Source: a virus
Direction: 5' to 3' (one strand)
DNA: 64,000 bases
Virus record (IMG/VR): IMGVR_UViG_3300031521_000012
Span: 64,001 to 128,000 of that record
Shown piece after piece: positions 1 to 8,983 of the stretch (within the stretch, counting starts at the first letter, position 1; each line of letters starts with the position of its first letter). The notes beneath the pieces are model-generated. The model was not told where the DNA came from and made no database searches. It saw nothing but the letters and a program-made list of their open reading frames with translations. The translations under genes were made by a program, and so were the position numbers.

Positions 1-417
1 GCCAATATTATAAACAGATACATATAGCAATGATACGTTTTGATGCTTATCGGTGTTAGGATTATCTCTTACTTCAAACGGATGCTTGTCGTTATTAAAG
101 ACCCGATACTTTTCAAAGTCCCATAAATTTAACGATGTTTCTTCATGGACTTCACGGCACATTCCATCATAACCAGTCTCGTTCCAGTCCAAAAAACCAC
201 ATGGAACTCCCCATTTTGATGCTTCATCACGCATTTTATTCGACCTTTGTGTTAAAAGCACATATGTATGACCAAGAAGATCAATGAAGAATACTACACC
301 AACAACAGCAGGTGCTCTTGAAATCCAAAAATCTAGATTTGTTGCAATACCGTTATTGCATTGATAATAAACTTTAATGCGTTCGTTTGGAACATTATTA
401 AACTTTGGCTCGCTCAT
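1..417 (-). CDS. Nudix hydrolase (3' end runs off the window)
   Basis: Manual translation MSEPKFNNVPNER...KWGVPCGFLDWNETGYDGMCREVHEETSL contains the Nudix box GX5EX7REUXEE; not in the ORF track because it is truncated. Confidence 0.85.
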   Translation of the reverse strand, partial: MSEPKFNNVPNERIKVYYQCNNGIATNLDFWISRAPAVVGVVFFIDLLGHTYVLLTQRSNKMRDEASKWGVPCGFLDWNETGYDGMCREVHEETSLNLWDFEKYRVFNNDKHPFEVRDNPNTDKHQNVSLLYVSVYNIG

Positions 418-664
418 TTTCTCTTATGGTATAAAGGTTTTCACTTAGAAACATTGCAATATCAAACAAATCTTCCTTGTTTAATGTTTTAAAAATTTCA
501 TTTGATTTATCAAAAGTTACTAAGGCTTGTGCTAAACGAGTCATTGCACTCAATAGCTCAACAGGATTATTATCTTTTACATCATCAATAAACTGTAGTG
601 GATAGCTTTCCATAGCTTTAAGATTTTCAGACCTTAACACTACTTTTAGTAATCGAGTTTCCAT
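398..664 (-). CDS. hypothetical protein
   Basis: 88-aa ORF overlapping both neighbours in the same operon. Confidence 0.6.
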   Translation of the reverse strand: METRLLKVVLRSENLKAMESYPLQFIDDVKDNNPVELLSAMTRLAQALVTFDKSNEIFKTLNKEDLFDIAMFLSENLYTIRENERAKV

Positions 665-1211
665 TTTTTCTTTCTTTAATAATTTTTTCTTTTAAGGTAA
701 AAATCCTCATAGTACCTAAGCGAGCTATTCTAAACTGTTCAGCTTCAGTTAGTTTTCTAGCACCTTTGATTTTCTTTGGTGTACGTTTGATATGTGCCCT
801 AACCATTTCAATCTTTTTGTAGTTTAAATATCTTTCACATACTATAATTCCTGCATGTTCAGGTATTAAATCAATGCACTTGTCAATTAAATCAATTGGC
901 ATTGCGTAATAAAATTCGGATATTCTATGCTGTACATCAATATGCTGATGATTTTTTTTAAGGTCAGCCATGAAATCAGACTTACTGATTTTAATTTCAA
1001 TCTCAACAGCCAATCCACTTTTTTTAATTAAAAACATATCACATTCATGCATTCCTATAAGTCCCCATGATATATTAGGCACAATTATATTCTTTCTCAC
1101 ATCAAAGAGTTTAGCAATAGCTACCTCAATTTCAATAGTTTTTATTGGTGCGTTAATAGTTGAGGTTATTACAGCTTTCTTTGATTTTACCCTTTTGGGT
1201 TGTAACATCAT
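627..1211 (-). CDS. MmcB-like PD-(D/E)XK nuclease-fold protein
   Basis: HECDMFLIKKSGLAVEIEIKISKSDFMADLKK motif followed by FYYAMP. Confidence 0.7.
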   Translation of the reverse strand: MMLQPKRVKSKKAVITSTINAPIKTIEIEVAIAKLFDVRKNIIVPNISWGLIGMHECDMFLIKKSGLAVEIEIKISKSDFMADLKKNHQHIDVQHRISEFYYAMPIDLIDKCIDLIPEHAGIIVCERYLNYKKIEMVRAHIKRTPKKIKGARKLTEAEQFRIARLGTMRIFTLKEKIIKERKNGNSITKSSVKV

Positions 1212-1458
1212 AATAAATTTGTGCTTCCTTTAGTGTTATTTTTGTACTAGCTTTAATAGCTGCGACCTTTTTATCGAAATTAACCTCTTCCTTATTATGG
1301 AAATGAAAGCTATTTTCGCCAGTATAATCAGGGTGTTCATCAACATTTACTTCAACATTATAACCGTTATCCTTTAACAGTTTTTCGAGTTGCAACATCA
1401 TTGTTGACTTACCTGTGTTGGCTCTACCTGCGACAATAATTGAGATTTCTTTATTCAT
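1153..1458 (-). CDS. small P-loop protein
   Basis: Walker A GRANTGKST near the N-terminus; only 101 aa. Confidence 0.55.
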   Translation of the reverse strand: MNKEISIIVAGRANTGKSTMMLQLEKLLKDNGYNVEVNVDEHPDYTGENSFHFHNKEEVNFDKKVAAIKASTKITLKEAQIYYDVTTQKGKIKESCNNLNY

Positions 1459-1485
1459 GATACAATTGATTTTATAATGATTATT

Positions 1486-2100
1486 TTAAAGTTTTTGCAA
1501 ATTATTTAGTTGATCAATTCCTAGCGTTCTATTATAAACAGTTAAGTAATATTTTCTTAATGTAGCTAATTTAGGTGGTTTAGCATAATATTTTTTATTC
1601 TTTTTATATAATTCATTTATAGTTTCAGCATAGCATAAGTCAAAAACTTCAATGGTTTTAAGTTTCCAATCGTATTGTTTCTGTTCACCATCATTAATTA
1701 TTTCCATTAAATACCTTAATGCAACTCTTGTTATATCATCAGTTAATGCACGTTTTATTTTAAATTTTTCCCATTCATTACCACATGCATTACAATGGTT
1801 TACTTCTGTAGTTTCAATTGAAAACGAACTGTCGATATCACCCATTCCAAACCAAAACGACCCTGATGTATTTCCTTTAGATTGAACATTACATATTTTA
1901 TTTACGATTTGATCTTTTTTAGCTCGGCAATTAGGACAATTGTGGTTGTGAAATTCTTCTGATTTCAATTCATCCTGATATTCAGCATCCGCAATTTTCC
2001 TACATCTATTTTCAACCATATCAAATTGAATTGATATGTAGCTTTTCTGTAGTCTATTGGGAAAATTAAAATACTTTCGTAAACATGTTATTACATCCAT
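1486..2100 (-). CDS. zinc-ribbon hypothetical protein
   Basis: CPNC...CNAC pair. Confidence 0.6.
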   Translation of the reverse strand: MDVITCLRKYFNFPNRLQKSYISIQFDMVENRCRKIADAEYQDELKSEEFHNHNCPNCRAKKDQIVNKICNVQSKGNTSGSFWFGMGDIDSSFSIETTEVNHCNACGNEWEKFKIKRALTDDITRVALRYLMEIINDGEQKQYDWKLKTIEVFDLCYAETINELYKKNKKYYAKPPKLATLRKYYLTVYNRTLGIDQLNNLQKL

Positions 2101-2102
2101 TG

Positions 2103-2648
2103 TTATGCCAATTTTTTATCTTTCAATAATTCACGGAGAAATGCGTTCTTAACTCCACCGATTAATCGAATCCATTGTTTATAGCATTCGCTATATTCGG
2201 TTTTTAATGATTCCAAATCTTTTATTCTAATTAGAACAGCATCCGATCCTTGAAATTCATAATTTTCAATAATATGATCTTTAAAATCAGGATAATCCTT
2301 TTTATTAAATACTCTTTCATCAACAAGGAAGCACAAAGAAGTTAAAGAATTATTCAAATCTGGCTCACGAAAATATGTGAAATTAATTCCGTTAGCATTC
2401 AGCGAATCACCTATTTGATTCAAGCTACCTAATGGATTTCCTTCAATATCAAGTTCGTCATTTGTTGTTCCACCGTTAAGAATTATCCAAGTTTTCCAGT
2501 TCAATATAAAATCTTTATATTCATCAGTATTGCCATAGGCTAAAGCATAATCTAATGCTGCATGACCTGATTGAATTCCTTTATGCACTCCGCCAAGTTG
2601 GTAGATAACAAAGAAATACATTCTAAGTTCCAATAATTTATCTTCCAT
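2103..2648 (-). CDS. peptidyl-tRNA hydrolase type 2 (Pth2)-like protein
   Basis: GIQSGHAA, IILNGG and FREPDLNNSLTSLC motifs typical of phage Pth2-like proteins. Confidence 0.7.
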   Translation of the reverse strand: MEDKLLELRMYFFVIYQLGGVHKGIQSGHAALDYALAYGNTDEYKDFILNWKTWIILNGGTTNDELDIEGNPLGSLNQIGDSLNANGINFTYFREPDLNNSLTSLCFLVDERVFNKKDYPDFKDHIIENYEFQGSDAVLIRIKDLESLKTEYSECYKQWIRLIGGVKNAFLRELLKDKKLA

Positions 2649-2838
2649 GTTTATTGCTTTTATGTTTTAATACGTGAACGATGAATAGCAATAGAATACA
2701 TACTATTGAGAAAGTAATTACTCCTAAGAATTCTCCTATAGCTTCCATCGTTCAAATTTACTTATTATAATTCGTTAATCCTATGATTTCTCAATTTAAT
2801 TAATGGTTATTTATTATACGTTAATGAACATAGTTTTG

Positions 2839-3273
2839 TTACAATAAATTAAATTTTTTCTTGAAAAAACTTATATAATACAGATAATGACCACTTTGGT
2901 CTCTTTCCATATAAGTAACGTCATAACCGATTCTAATTAAAAACCGTATGATCTCGCTATCAAGGTCTTTAGGAAATGGAATATATATTGATCTGCGCAA
3001 AGGGTTTCTCGTTCTGAATGACTTAATTGCATTTAAGATTCTTCTGATCTGATCGTGTCTTTGCTTTCTCATTGCAGTTTTAAATACCTTATCTTGAAAG
3101 TCCAAAAAATTTACATGCTCAAATTTTTTTCTTTCAAATAATTCAGGAGTCAGTTGTTCTAATAACGAAATCCTGAATTCTTGTGTTGCAGGTGTAAAAA
3201 CGGTATAACCATCATTAGGATTTCCTTTAACGATTATACCGTTTTTAATATATTTTAATAATTCTTTATTCAT
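2839..3273 (-). CDS. hypothetical protein
   Basis: 144-aa ORF in operon. Confidence 0.55.
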   Translation of the reverse strand: MNKELLKYIKNGIIVKGNPNDGYTVFTPATQEFRISLLEQLTPELFERKKFEHVNFLDFQDKVFKTAMRKQRHDQIRRILNAIKSFRTRNPLRRSIYIPFPKDLDSEIIRFLIRIGYDVTYMERDQSGHYLYYISFFKKKFNLL

Positions 3274-3276
3274 GGG

Positions 3277-4104
3277 TTATAGATTATCAGGAATTCTTGA
3301 CATTAGAAAATCTTTTTCTATTGTAAAAACAGGTGGCTCAACAACTAACCACTTACTACGAAGATAACTACCATTACTAATTCCATCATCATTAGCAGGT
3401 AAAGTCCAAAGAAGTTCTTGCTTTTCGATAAACCTTCCCTGTTTATACTTAATAGCGTAATCGTCCCAATTTATGCCCATTTCAAGCACCATTTCCTGCT
3501 GTTTGGTAACGTTCTTACCATTGAGTTCATTGTGACTGAAAATGCTCTGTGCAACGCTAGAAACGCTATTTCTGATAGTATCTCTTTGCCTAGCAATGAA
3601 GTAATTTGCAACTTCTGACTTAGCTGGAACAGTAAATACACGTGAATCAAATTCAGCTTGCTTTAACTTGGCTGCATCTAAGAACCATGTCCAATTAATT
3701 TGATCAGTACCATTATTATATCTTTCAACATAAAATCTATTTGTCCTTAGTTGATTGAATTTAGAAGTTGCCATGCTTGCTGAAATACTACAGATTTTTT
3801 GTATATTTCCATCAAACCAAGCATCTGTTTCAATTTTTTCAAAGTCAGTCATTAAGATTGATATTTCGTCTGACTGAACAAAAGCAAATTTAGCACCCTG
3901 TATATTTTTACATAAGTAAATTGCTGTTTCATCCATATCATTCATTAAGCCATCATCAAATGGCTTTTTTAAATTCTTACTATAAGAATGAAAGGCTTTG
4001 CCGTCTAAACGTATGATACTGAACGCTCTACGTGGAAGAAAAGACTGTGTTCTGCTTTCATAGTTCTCCTTCATTCTTGTCATTACTTGATCTTTCATAA
4101 TCAA
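3277..4104 (-). CDS. thg1: tRNA(His) guanylyltransferase / Thg1-like 3'-5' polymerase
   Basis: RLDGKAFH, KPFD, QSDEIS, FDGNIQK, FDSR and RQRD..RNS motifs. Confidence 0.93.
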   Translation of the reverse strand: MIMKDQVMTRMKENYESRTQSFLPRRAFSIIRLDGKAFHSYSKNLKKPFDDGLMNDMDETAIYLCKNIQGAKFAFVQSDEISILMTDFEKIETDAWFDGNIQKICSISASMATSKFNQLRTNRFYVERYNNGTDQINWTWFLDAAKLKQAEFDSRVFTVPAKSEVANYFIARQRDTIRNSVSSVAQSIFSHNELNGKNVTKQQEMVLEMGINWDDYAIKYKQGRFIEKQELLWTLPANDDGISNGSYLRSKWLVVEPPVFTIEKDFLMSRIPDNL

Positions 4105-4551
4105 TTATTGTTTTATGGTTTTTAAATGTATTATCTTAGTCACGTCATTATACAGTTCGATTTCAATATCAGCTAGGTTATCCAAATAATCAAATAATGA
4201 AAATTCATTTATTTGGATTTCACTACGGAAGTCTTTGATCTTTTGCCTATTGATATATACAACCTTGCACTCCATTATTTTGTTATATATCTCGCAATTG
4301 TTTTTAAATAATTTTACATACGCAGGATTTGTTTCGTTTATCTTAACAATAACACCATTGCCATGTACCCAATATTTAAAATCGCCAAGTTCTAAAAGAT
4401 ATCTATCATAAACTAATGGTTTACCCAAAACCTTTCTTTTATCTCTATATGATATTTTTTTTGTGGTAATTTTCTTGATCATTGGAAATAAAAATCCAAC
4501 AGTTTTCTCCAGAGAACCATCGGAATTTACTTTAGATAACTTTGCAAGCAT
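4105..4551 (-). CDS. hypothetical protein
   Basis: 148-aa ORF. Confidence 0.55.
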   Translation of the reverse strand: MLAKLSKVNSDGSLEKTVGFLFPMIKKITTKKISYRDKRKVLGKPLVYDRYLLELGDFKYWVHGNGVIVKINETNPAYVKLFKNNCEIYNKIMECKVVYINRQKIKDFRSEIQINEFSLFDYLDNLADIEIELYNDVTKIIHLKTIKQ

Positions 4552-4566
4552 ATTTTTAATTAAAAA

Positions 4567-4615
4567 TGTTGGTTATTTTCAATGATTCATTATGTTTTAT
4601 TGAAAATAACCAACA
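4567..4615. terminator. 17-bp perfect inverted repeat downstream of the RNA ligase (terminator or processing hairpin)
   Basis: tgttggttattttcaat ... attgaaaataaccaaca. Confidence 0.6.
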
Positions 4616-4626
4616 GATCACTATTT

Positions 4627-6747
4627 TTATTTGAAATGTTCTTCGTTCTTTTCTTCATCGAAGAAATATTGTTTAGCTATTTCCGAAATGTATTTTGCAA
4701 CATCTTTTAATTCAAATCCAGCATCAGTGATAATATCGATATCTTCTTTAACTACATCAGTAATAACCATTTTCATGTAATCGCCCATTTTCTTTCTATC
4801 AATATATCCACCATTCAATAAGTCACAGGCTTCGGTAAGCATTTGTGATAACCTCCATGATGGCGTTACTTCGTCAGCTAATTCTCTCAATGCAGTTATT
4901 CTTTCAGTGTCAACCTCATGAATAACCTTTACTTTAGAGTTTGAGTGCTTCAAGCCTTTGGATTTGAACGTATAACGATTATCGCTATCATCATAATAAG
5001 AAAATACCAGCCCTTCCCCAACACCACTAACGCCAAAGTATTTTCCAATAGGACATTCATCTTCAACCTCTAACGTTAATTCAACTATTCTATTTTGAGC
5101 TAATTCTGGTTGATTAAAATCAACCTCGACTTCATATGTTTTAAATTGAAGTATGTTATAGATTTGTTGATCGTTAATCATTAGATGTTTGAAGTTCTCA
5201 ATGTCCTGATATGCACCATCAATTCTAACTGCAAATATGATAAACATTTTAGGTAGTTGAGCAATAGCAACACCCTTTTGTATGGAAGAATTATGTACCA
5301 ACGTATAATTTGCAAAATAATTATGATTATCCTCCACCTCTATATCATATTTTACTTTCAACCATTCGTTTACTGGAGTATAGCTTTCAATATCTAATAT
5401 ATTTGCTTCAATTATGGATTTATCGTAATCATTTAAATAATGCTTCCACCAAGTTATTTTTTCGACTTGTTGTAGGATAGTTGGTAGTTTATAATTAAAG
5501 CTGGTAATTACATATGGTGCAATTGTATATAAAAAAGATGCAGCACCTTCAACAGTAAATCTAATATCATAACTAAAATCATTATTATTTCCAGTATTAC
5601 TGATATTACAATAATAGCCATGAGAATTAAACCAGTCTTTAATCAGTTCAACATTTTTACGTCCAAATCCTTGACAATGTAAATTACATCTATATTGTCT
5701 ATTTCTTCCATTATGATTAATAATCGACCCATCATCCATATACCAAACAGCTAATGCTAGAGGACTTAACTTGTTTAAATAGTCAACAGTTACTTGTTTT
5801 GAAGTAGAATTGTTTAAATGTAGTTCATCATATAAATCGGTTATTTCTGGAAATGCTTTAGTGGAAAAAAATTTCATGTTACTTCCATGACCGCTAATAC
5901 CTGTTCGTGGTTTAGTAAAGATATTTGAAAAATTTTCCTCTATAAAATCATTATAATGCTTTTGTTTATCATCTGAATGAGATATGGTGATTATATTTTT
6001 CTGTAAAAATGAACCATCACCTAAAATAGTTCCCATTAAAAATTGTTTAATGTTATGAGCTAGAACCTTTCCATTTGTAATTAATTTATCATCACATTTC
6101 AATTCAGAAGCAAATTTTTCGAGTATTATATTATCTTCAATAACAAAAAATTTATGATTAGGAGTGGTGGTAACACCAGTGGATTTTCCACCTCTTTTTC
6201 GCCTTTGAATATTAATTTTCAGCCAATCATCTGTCTTCCCGTTATTATACCAATTAATAATTTTTTTCGGCTCAAGAATTCCGCTATCGAAATTATATGA
6301 CATTACCTCAACAGCTAATTTTTGATTAACAATTTTACCGATAGGCATTGTAGTTCCATCTGATAATAATATTGGTGTTTGGTATGAAAAACACCCAGCC
6401 CATTCTCCGTAGATAACACATGATTCGTTGAATTCGATATTATCGAAAAGCTTTTGATAATCCTTTGAAAGCATTGCTGCCATAAATCCAGCGTTATCTT
6501 GAGTAAGACTTAGTTCACGTTCTCTTGATTGAAAGGAATAATATGGAATATTTAACTCGTTGATATACTTGCAGATGGCAGAATTTGTTCCATGTGCTTT
6601 TACTGTACCTCTGAATTTTAGCTTAGGGTATGACTCTTTATGTAAATAAATTGCATCACCATTTTCATCTTTTCCTTGATAATCATGTGTAGATTTAACG
6701 TTATGAATGACATTTCTAAACTGTCCTATTTCTGTAAATTTTTTCAT
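4627..6747 (-). CDS. RNA ligase, Rnl2 family, intein-containing
   Basis: Motif I KAHGTN, QSR, YGEWAG, FAVR, GEGLV and FKSK nucleotidyltransferase motifs. Confidence 0.85.
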   Translation of the reverse strand: MKKFTEIGQFRNVIHNVKSTHDYQGKDENGDAIYLHKESYPKLKFRGTVKAHGTNSAICKYINELNIPYYSFQSRERELSLTQDNAGFMAAMLSKDYQKLFDNIEFNESCVIYGEWAGCFSYQTPILLSDGTTMPIGKIVNQKLAVEVMSYNFDSGILEPKKIINWYNNGKTDDWLKINIQRRKRGGKSTGVTTTPNHKFFVIEDNIILEKFASELKCDDKLITNGKVLAHNIKQFLMGTILGDGSFLQKNIITISHSDDKQKHYNDFIEENFSNIFTKPRTGISGHGSNMKFFSTKAFPEITDLYDELHLNNSTSKQVTVDYLNKLSPLALAVWYMDDGSIINHNGRNRQYRCNLHCQGFGRKNVELIKDWFNSHGYYCNISNTGNNNDFSYDIRFTVEGAASFLYTIAPYVITSFNYKLPTILQQVEKITWWKHYLNDYDKSIIEANILDIESYTPVNEWLKVKYDIEVEDNHNYFANYTLVHNSSIQKGVAIAQLPKMFIIFAVRIDGAYQDIENFKHLMINDQQIYNILQFKTYEVEVDFNQPELAQNRIVELTLEVEDECPIGKYFGVSGVGEGLVFSYYDDSDNRYTFKSKGLKHSNSKVKVIHEVDTERITALRELADEVTPSWRLSQMLTEACDLLNGGYIDRKKMGDYMKMVITDVVKEDIDIITDAGFELKDVAKYISEIAKQYFFDEEKNEEHFK
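5290..6393 (-). mobile_element. intein (368 aa) with LAGLIDADG homing endonuclease in the RNA ligase
   Basis: GEWAG|CFSYQTPILLSDG start; TTPNHKF block B; GTILGDG and WYMDDG LAGLIDADG helices; YDIEVEDNHNYFANYTLVHN|S end. Confidence 0.93.
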
Positions 6748-6770
6748 AATAATTGTGTTATATTTTAATG

Positions 6771-6845
6771 TGATGAATAAAGGAATCGAACCCTTGTTCT
6801 CCCAACATCAAGTCGGTGTATCCTATCCGCTTAGACGAATTCATC
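6771..6845 (-). ncRNA. tRNA-like RNA 1 (Glu/Gln-type body, 5-nt anticodon loop TTGAT)
   Basis: Acceptor GATGAAT/ATTCATC; D arm GTCT-AAGCGGATA-GGAT; T arm AAGGG-TTCGATT-CCTTT; stem CCGAC/GTTGG closes only 5 nt. Confidence 0.75.
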
Positions 6846-6853
6846 ATTTATTA

Positions 6854-7162
6854 TTAATCAACAATATATTGATCATCATTAATAATTTTAATTCCTTCCA
6901 ACAATTGAATACTGTTAGAATCAATAATTGCAAGAGTATGTGGATGATGATTTTCAGCTAAATATTTCATTGAGAAGCTGAATGCATCAGCAAATGTCAT
7001 TTTATTAATTTTATCCATAACAAATGCCATGAAACATGCTTCTTCTTGCTCAGCTTCTTCTGCATTTAGTGGACAAGCATCTGATCTTCTTTGCCAAAAT
7101 TCATGCAATAGATTTGGCAATTCGTTTACGTTAAGTGATGTAATATCTTTATTAGGGTTCAT
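6854..7162 (-). CDS. hypothetical protein (start corrected to MNPNKD)
   Basis: The ORF-track start at 7255 overlaps tRNA-like RNA 2; ATG at 7162 follows an A-rich leader. Confidence 0.6.
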   Translation of the reverse strand: MNPNKDITSLNVNELPNLLHEFWQRRSDACPLNAEEAEQEEACFMAFVMDKINKMTFADAFSFSMKYLAENHHPHTLAIIDSNSIQLLEGIKIINDDQYIVD

Positions 7163-7179
7163 ATGTGTTTTATTTATTT

Positions 7180-7253
7180 TGGGGGGGAGTATGGGATTCG
7201 AACCTATATTTGCTACTTTTGGCTGCTGTCCTTTCCAATTAGACGAACTCCCC
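7180..7253 (-). ncRNA. tRNA-like RNA 2 (74 nt, C73 discriminator, encoded CCA, 5-nt anticodon loop CAAAA)
   Basis: Acceptor GGGGAGT/ACTCCCC; D arm GTCT-AATTGGAAA-GGAC; GCAGC-CAAAA-GTAGC; T arm ATAGG-TTCGAAT-CCCAT; ends C-CCA. Confidence 0.78.
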
Positions 7254-7261
7254 ATTGTTGT

Positions 7262-7624
7262 TTATAATATTCTCATTAGATGTAATCCTTCTTCTGCAAT
7301 TCTTATTTGTGTAATAACGTAGTTTCGAGTAAGTGAAACAAGTAATTGATCAGCGCCACGTTCTTTCCACGCAACTAACTTTTCGTTGTATTCGTTTCTC
7401 AATAACTTTAATAGATATAATTGATGATCAATTATAATATCTTCATAAATTATAAGGTGCTCGGTAGATTCTATTCTTGTATGTAAAATCAATTTATATA
7501 CCCTGTTAAAGTTACTTATAAATGTTTTAACATAGTCACGTTTAGAACTTCTTGGCATGGCTGTTATGATCTCATTTATATGATCAATAACGGCATTTTG
7601 GTTACGATTCGTCTTCATTTTCAT
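7262..7624 (-). CDS. hypothetical protein
   Basis: 120-aa ORF. Confidence 0.55.
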   Translation of the reverse strand: MKMKTNRNQNAVIDHINEIITAMPRSSKRDYVKTFISNFNRVYKLILHTRIESTEHLIIYEDIIIDHQLYLLKLLRNEYNEKLVAWKERGADQLLVSLTRNYVITQIRIAEEGLHLMRIL

Positions 7625-7895
7625 AATGTGTATCCTTTCTTACATTTATAATTTCTTCTTTAACTTTCCGCCATGTTTCTATGTGATCAATAACTGATGT
7701 TGATAAATCACCCATTACGATTACACTATTCAAATCACTGAACGATTGAAATAGATTAATTATTTCATTAACAGCAATTAATGCATAGATTACTGAGAAT
7801 CTTTTATATCCACAAACAGAATGAAAACTTTCAATTAGTTCATCAGCCTTTTCTTTCGGTGTTAGTCCAGTAACATTTCCAATTGTTATGCTCAT
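7602..7895 (-). CDS. hypothetical protein, paralog of 7892..8191
   Basis: Shared A-D-E-L-I, ALIAV..II and W..VK.EI motifs. Confidence 0.65.
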   Translation of the reverse strand: MSITIGNVTGLTPKEKADELIESFHSVCGYKRFSVIYALIAVNEIINLFQSFSDLNSVIVMGDLSTSVIDHIETWRKVKEEIINVRKDTHYENEDES

Positions 7896-8191
7896 AATAT
7901 TTCTCTTGTTTCAATTTCTACTTTAACCTCATTCCAAAAATCAATATCTGGATTTTCGAACATTGCACATCCATATCCAGTAGCTGTAACCAATTTTGGT
8001 AGTGCATTAATTATGTGTTTAACTGCAATCAATGCGAAATTTCTTGTATCGTTAAGATGTTTAGTTCTGTCCCAATCATCGAATTTCATTCCATTAACGG
8101 AAACAATAGTACCTATCTGTGGAATTTCCATGAAAAAATCATGAATTAATTCATCAGCCATTTCTTTTACCTTCTTTTCTTGATCTGTCAT
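7892..8191 (-). CDS. hypothetical protein, paralog of 7602..7895
   Basis: MADELI, ALIAVKHII, WNEVKVEI. Confidence 0.65.
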   Translation of the reverse strand: MTDQEKKVKEMADELIHDFFMEIPQIGTIVSVNGMKFDDWDRTKHLNDTRNFALIAVKHIINALPKLVTATGYGCAMFENPDIDFWNEVKVEIETREIL

Positions 8192-8202
8192 ATTGTTTTT
8201 AA

Positions 8203-8727
8203 TTAAAAAATCATTCCAATTGTTAATCCACTACCATTACTTGAGCTAAATCCACCGAAAGTAATTGGATTGAAACTCGTTTGTGATATAAACTTGATTG
8301 ACATTCCCAAATTCGGATGCCACCCTCTATATATAACAGGCTGTTGATTATCGTTTATTCGCATAGTTGTAACATTTGTCATTCCAAACGTAGCACCAAT
8401 CATAACACAATTAGCTAAATTATAGCCTAAAAAAACATTGGTTGCTATATTATCACTTAGCTTTGGCTTGATTGGATTATGTGTAACTACACCAAACGAA
8501 CCACCATAGATAAATCCACTTTTGGTAATGTAGTTAACATCGACCTTAGTTAGATTTTCAAACAAGTGTTTATAAAATATGCCTTGTCCGATACTTACTT
8601 CAAATGCTGGTTGTTCAATAACAGTACGAAGACCATAACCACCCATAATACCTCTGCTGTTCCAATCACATTGCGCTTGCGATGTAAATGATACAAATAA
8701 TAAGATTACCAATAATAACTTTTTCAT
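8203..8727 (-). CDS. signal-peptide protein, putative small outer-membrane beta-barrel
   Basis: MKKLLLVILLFVSFTSQAQ signal peptide; Gly/aromatic alternating strands; C-terminal GLTIGMIF ends in Phe. Confidence 0.55.
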   Translation of the reverse strand: MKKLLLVILLFVSFTSQAQCDWNSRGIMGGYGLRTVIEQPAFEVSIGQGIFYKHLFENLTKVDVNYITKSGFIYGGSFGVVTHNPIKPKLSDNIATNVFLGYNLANCVMIGATFGMTNVTTMRINDNQQPVIYRGWHPNLGMSIKFISQTSFNPITFGGFSSSNGSGLTIGMIF

Positions 8728-8750
8728 GTTATGTGATTTTAATTTTTTAG

Positions 8751-8879
8751 TAATTGGAGCAGGACTCGAACCTACATATATCTGTAACCAACCATCCAGT
8801 CGATAAACCCGATTTAGCCCAATAGATGATTCATTTTATAGGGTTTAGTCAGGCGTGTTTACCATTCCACCATCCAATT
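8751..8879 (-). ncRNA. tRNA-like RNA 3 (129 nt, Leu-type D arm, extended anticodon arm)
   Basis: Acceptor AATTGGA/TCCAATT; D arm GTG-GAATGGTAAA-CAC; T arm GTAGG-TTCGAGT-CCTGC; enlarged anticodon and variable region. Confidence 0.8.
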
Positions 8880-8894
8880 AACAATTTATGGTTT

Positions 8895-8983
8895 GAATTG
8901 CATCGAGTTTCAGTGTACGCTAGCTAATTACGCAATTTGTTTATACTGACTTACCTCAAGAATGCGCTTCTTGTCTGCAATTC
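8895..8983 (-). ncRNA. putative structured small RNA (about 90 nt)
   Basis: Closing stem GAATTGCA/TGCAATTC; hairpin CAAGAA-GCGCA-TTCTTG; stem TCAGT/ACTGA with inner TGCG/CGTA. Confidence 0.45.

Noticed and set aside
8895-8983. Hammerhead ribozyme
   Set aside because: GAAAC is present but the CUGANGA core is not.
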